Part shown: positions 59,837 to 64,000 of the stretch, piece by piece
Layout of the letters: every line of letters begins with the position of its first letter
Position numbering within the stretch: the first letter of the stretch is position 1
NCBI GenBank assembly: GCA_950097015.1
Contig: CATNEN010000025.1
Location: 4,402,001 to 4,466,000 of the forward strand
DNA: 64,000 bases
DNA from: Macrostomum hystrix
Lineage: Eukaryota > Animalia > Platyhelminthes
Reading direction: 5' to 3'
Position numbers and translations under genes: made by a program
The notes under the pieces: generated by a model
Database searches by the model: none
What the model saw: only the letters and a program-made list of their open reading frames with translations
What the model was told of the DNA's origin: nothing

Positions 59837-60289
59837 TCATCGCGGAGCCCCGAAGGCGAAGCCGTCGCTGCGAACTTCTGGCAGCGAAGCGCATGAATCT
59901 TCGGCCTCTTCAGCTGCGTTGTCGTCTTCGCCGAGCTGTTCCTCGGCCCCCTCCGGATCGTCCAGATCCTCCAGATTATCCTCGTCGTCGTATTTTTGTT
60001 CCCCCGACGCGAACAGGCTCTGATAGGCGCCAACCAACTGGTGGAAAAGCGGCTGCGGCTGCTGCTGCTGCTGCGAGCAAGCAACTTCGTTGATTCCAAG
60101 CCCGGTGGATTCAACGATATGGCACCAAGGCGAACCTGCCGCATAGGACTGAATATCCAGAGGCTGCTGCTGCTGCTGCTGATGATGATGATGCTGATGA
60201 TGATGTAAAAGTAGATGTTGGTTGTCCAGCTGCCGCGGATGATGTCTAATTGGTGACGATGCAATCATCGGGATGCCATTTAGAGTTCG
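59837..60289 (-). CDS. ISL1: Islet LIM-homeobox gene, terminal exon (LIM-binding domain)
   Basis: attgcag|RTLNGIPMIASSPIRH...LDIQSY...W...FHQLV resembles the Islet GTPMVAASPERH...VEVQSYQPPW...FQQLV motif; phase 0. Confidence 0.85.
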   Translation of the reverse strand, partial: RTLNGIPMIASSPIRHHPRQLDNQHLLLHHHQHHHHQQQQQQPLDIQSYAAGSPWCHIVESTGLGINEVACSQQQQQPQPLFHQLVGAYQSLFASGEQKYDDEDNLEDLDDPEGAEEQLGEDDNAAEEAEDSCASLPEVRSDGFAFGAPR

Positions 60290-61050
60290 CTGCAATGTGG
60301 ATGTGTGTTCACACGGTCGTCAGACTCAACATTTATTCGATCTACTGACGGAACAAAAAATACTGCTGGCTGCTCTAGCGGTGAATGTTTGCCTGCTGCC
60401 TGTTAGGGACAGCGAGTTGGGAATGGTAAACTAGAAAAAGATTAGCTAATCCACCCCCCACCTCCCGCGAGAACCCCAGGTGAGCCGCAGCAAGCCTGCC
60501 CCCCGGGCTGCATGCTGCTTTTGTTTAGTCAGGCCGCTCCCCAAAGTCCCAACTTCCTTTCTGATCCCTTCACCACTTCCTTCCTTCCGCCTTGGTCAAA
60601 ACTCTCGGGAGGGGGATAATCCATTGTCACACCAACAAATAGGGATTTGAAGGCTCTTGTCAGCTGATTGCGGATATTCAGGCCACCACCTCACTCCCCG
60701 GTCTTGCAGGGAGTTTTTCGCCCTGAAGGGGAGAAGTTGCTGCCGCAAATGAGAGCTAAAAAAATACTATTCAGGATTTAATTCGTCCAGCAGGTGTTTG
60801 CCCAGCTGAATGCCCAGCGCCAGTGTCGACCGCCCAGCCAGATCGAGGCGAACAGCGCGGAATTCAGTTCCGACTATGGCGGCTCTCAGTGCCGCGGCTG
60901 TGTTTGCCTTTTGTCGAGACCTGGCTCCGTGCCCGCAGACAAAGATCAACCACCTCCCCAAGAGCACCTGCTTCAGTGAATTTGCCTATTAACTAACTGA
61001 TAAAACTCTCATTAGATCGGAATAGAACAGAACAGAAAGATATTGGTTGC

Positions 61051-61725
61051 GCTTGGTGAATGGCTGAGCGGTTTAACGCGTCTGCCTCTAGCACAATGGT
61101 CCCTGAGCTCGAATCCGCAGCGAGGCCACATTCATTTGGTGCGAAACCGCGGAGAGAAGGCTTTAGGGGCTTGTCGTGCAATTACACCCTTGAGGGCCAA
61201 CCTTATAGTTATTGTGTACTAATAATATAAATAATAATTGCTGGAGGGCTGCGGGCAATGGCACATCATTTGGTGACACTAGACCCGCAGCCAGTGAGGA
61301 GGCAATTCTACCCGTTTCGCTGACTCCTGAGCACACAGATACCGTACACAGGCACCCGCTCACACATCTGCCCTGTCTTTCTGATCGTCAGGCACTCTTT
61401 CACTGTGCCTTAGAGGTTGGCCTTCAAGGGCTTCAATTGCATGACAAGCCCGCAAGCCTTCTCTACGCGGCTGCGCCACAAATGAATGTGGCCTCGCCGT
61501 GAAATCGAGCTCAAGGACGTTGGTGCGAGAGGCAAACGCGTTAGACCGCTTTGCCACTCACCCCCCTGTGAGATTGTACACTGCCTGTGGACGATAAATT
61601 CTGGATCAGATGTACACACCTGTGTGTAAGCGTACGCCTACGTACGGTATCTGTGTGCAAGTGTGCTCAGGAGTCAGCGGAATGGGCAGAATTGCCTCCT
61701 CGCTGGCTGCGGGTCTAGTGTCACC
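61051..61725. mobile_element. Plus-strand SINE-A interrupted by a full minus-strand SINE-A (Islet intron)
   Basis: Plus 5' half 61051-61203; minus full copy ~61215-61565; plus 3' half ~61566-61725. Confidence 0.85.
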
Positions 61726-61813
61726 CATAGCAGTAAGAAAGTCAAATAAAAAGGAATTAAAATGGAATAGAGAAGACAATGAGAGAGCAGAGTAGAATCT
61801 TCAAGTGGCTTAC

Positions 61814-62076
61814 CTTCTGCTGCTGGTGCTCCATCTGCTTCATGAGCAGCTGTTTCTTCTTGTCCTTGCATCGCTTGTTCTGAAACCAGACCCGGATGAC
61901 TCGCGGACTCAGGCCCGTCATCTCGACCAGCTGCTCCTTCATCAGCGCGTCCGGCCTCGGATTCGCCGCGTAACAGGTGCGCAGAGTGTGCAGCTGCTTC
62001 TCGTTCAGCACCGTGCGGACCCGCGTGGCCTTGCTGTTGTCCTTGGCGCCGGAACCGGTGGCTTTGCCGCGCTTGA

Positions 62077-62115
<39 letters not shown>

Positions 62116-62208
62116 TGCCCCCACCACCGACAACGCCCGGCTGCGCCGTTGTTGTTGATGTGGACTCTGAGGCGGCAGTCGATTGGCTGGACGAATCGTC
62201 GTCATTAC
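61814..62208 (-). CDS. ISL1: Islet homeodomain exon
   Basis: [59 protein letters not shown] is the Islet-class homeodomain. Acceptor 62209, donor AAG|GTAAGC at 61813; poly-Gly from (GGC)n. Confidence 0.98.
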
Positions 62209-63325
62209 CTGCGCTTGTGCGGTGGTTTTGAAATTATACTTTTATTCAGTCTACGAGCTACTGTAAACATTCAAATTCGCGCCAAGAAAAAAGTCGTGAC
62301 CTTCGGAACCCGAGGACCCTATCATTATTGTTTAGTTTTCCTGCCGCCCACCCAAAAGCCATTCGTTACGAAAAGAACTCCGCGCAGAGCCAAATACGAA
62401 TGGGAAAGCAAAGCTTTCTTTGCAAAAGAAAGCTTGTCTGCTGCATGGCATCCGGGCATGCTGGTGCCCCGTCCACCTTAATCCCGGACTTAAACAACAT
62501 GCGCATCAGCAGCCGGAGCCGCCACCGCAGCCGCCGCCGCCAGGAAGTCCCGCCAGAAATGGGAAGGCCGCACAGCGAGGCTCTCAGAAACTGCATGGAT
62601 TCCCCAAGTGAAAGGAACGGGGCACATCTAGGCACATCTTGTCTTCCAACAGTCCGGGTGGTCCTGTCAAGAGGAGGCCGCGGATTCGAGTGGAGTGGGG
62701 TGGGTGAGTGGGCGTAGGCGGAGACTGCTTGGGGAATTAGTTTGACTGCAGGATGCCAGTGTGGTGTTACAAAGACTCGCAATAATCCCGGGGTAGGTAG
62801 GTAGGTTCGGCAGAACGTGTCTGTCAATCGCAGTTGTTGTGGGGTGGGTGAATTTCTGTTTGGTCAGATTAAATTATAAAATTTCATCGTTCAAAATTTC
62901 TGCTAAAACGATTCAAAACCTTCTACTTCTTCGAGTGATGAAATTTTTATTGCATCATAAATGCTTCTCTTTTGATTGATTGACCGGATCGATAGAGAGA
63001 GTGAGATCATAAGTATCGCCTCTCTAATCTAGTCACGTACTGATCCGCGGAATGCCAAGTTTGGGATAAAAGGCGCGGATTTGAATGATGGGATAATCCT
63101 TCAGCTTCTAGCTCTAGTCATATCCCTCGCTATTTCGTTCCCGATTGCTTTCGAAAACTTACTCATCAGACCCGCAACAGAGTGACACTTTTATGCATCA
63201 TGCGTGGTCCTTAAGCAAAGAGCTATTTTTGTGTTGATAATTGAATTGGCCTGACTAAAAGCCTTCATTTCAAAAAGCTGTCAGTTTTACACCTGTATGA
63301 GCCAATCAGAATCCGAATTGTTTAC

Positions 63326-63654
63326 CTGTAATCTCCTGGTGCAGCTGGTTGATTCCCAAGCGGCCGCTGCCGCTGCTGTCTCCTGGACTGCCGCCGAAGC
63401 CGCCGCCGCCAGCAGTCAGTGGCGAAGTTGTCTCGTGGGCGGCTGCGGCCGTTGTCAGCAGGGTGTCGAAGTCGGCCCGGCAGTAGATGCCGCCGTCGTC
63501 GCGTCGGACTCCGAATTCTTCGCCGGGCAGCAGCTGCCTGGAGCATGTCTGGCAGCGGAAGCAGGTCACGTGATACAGGCGGGAACAGGCCCGCATCACC
63601 GGCTCCGATCTGGAGAGGGCGACGTTGCAACTGGCGCAACGGCTGCCGAAGAGC
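63326..63654 (-). CDS. ISL1: Islet LIM2 exon (upstream exons lie beyond the window)
   Basis: ctcgccag|G LFGSRCASCNVALSRSEPVMRACSRLYHVTCFRCQTCSRQLLPGEEFG...IYCRAD. Donor G|GTAAAC, phase 1, matches the next exon. Confidence 0.95.
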
Positions 63655-63667
63655 CTGGCGAGTAGGG

Positions 63668-64000
63668 GTGAGGCAGAGTGAAGCAGAGTGAGGCAGAGTG
63701 AGGCAGAGTGAGGGAGAGTGAAGCAGAGTGAAGGAGAGTGAGGCAGAGTGAGGGAGAGTGAGGCAGAGTGAGGCAGAGTGAGGCAGGGTGAAGCAGAGTG
63801 AAGGAGAGTGAGGCAGAGTGAGGGAGAGTGAGGCAGAGTGAGGCAGAGTGAGGGAGAGTGAGGCAGAGTGAGGCAGAGTGAGGCAGAGTGAGGCAGAGTG
63901 AGGCAGAGTGAGGCAGAGTGAGGGAGAGTGAGGCAGAGTGAGGCAGAGTGAGGCAGAGTGAGGCAGAGTGAGGGAGAGTGAGGCAGAGTGAGGCAGAGTG
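63668..64000. repeat. 10-bp tandem repeat (GAGGCAGAGT)n in an Islet intron, running off the window
   Basis: Direct inspection. Confidence 0.97.

Noticed and set aside
60767-60992. Possible extra Islet exon
   Set aside because: The homeodomain exon (donor 61813) already joins the terminal exon (acceptor 60290) in phase; these ORFs have no Islet similarity.

Overview
Eukaryotic (metazoan) genomic DNA with spliceosomal introns, probably the flatworm Macrostomum lignano or a relative. That assignment is inferred from a spliced-leader-like sequence recalled from memory and from the SINE content; it is not verified. Gene order: six-exon Shal/Kv4 K+ channel (7.4-17.4 kb, +); a tight co-oriented cluster of UNG, an intronless bacterial/plant-type lipase and an intronless nucleolin (19.0-26.0 kb, +); a 10-kb nest of four truncated retroelements, all on the minus strand (BEL/Pao, Gypsy, an APE-type LINE, a second Gypsy; 26.8-36.7 kb); two tandem two-exon BK-channel beta-subunit-like (KCNMB/CaKB) genes (38-47.7 kb, +); an F-box-like gene (53.9-55.5 kb, -); and the 3' exons of an Islet LIM-homeobox gene (59.8-63.7 kb, -). 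Between these lie seven tandem arrays plus a short 12-bp run, three tRNA-derived SINE families and two copies of a MITE. Top observations: (1) the BEL/Pao LTR carries a structure-preserving mimic of the host spliced-leader exon at the expected transcription start, about 30 nt downstream of its TATA-like box; (2) of two adjacent MITE copies, one is intact and the other is systematically eroded CpG->TpG/CpA; (3) a tandem pair of BK-beta-like genes sits 20 kb from a Kv4 gene in an invertebrate; (4) a candidate trans-spliced operon contains a lipase of a family unusual for animals.
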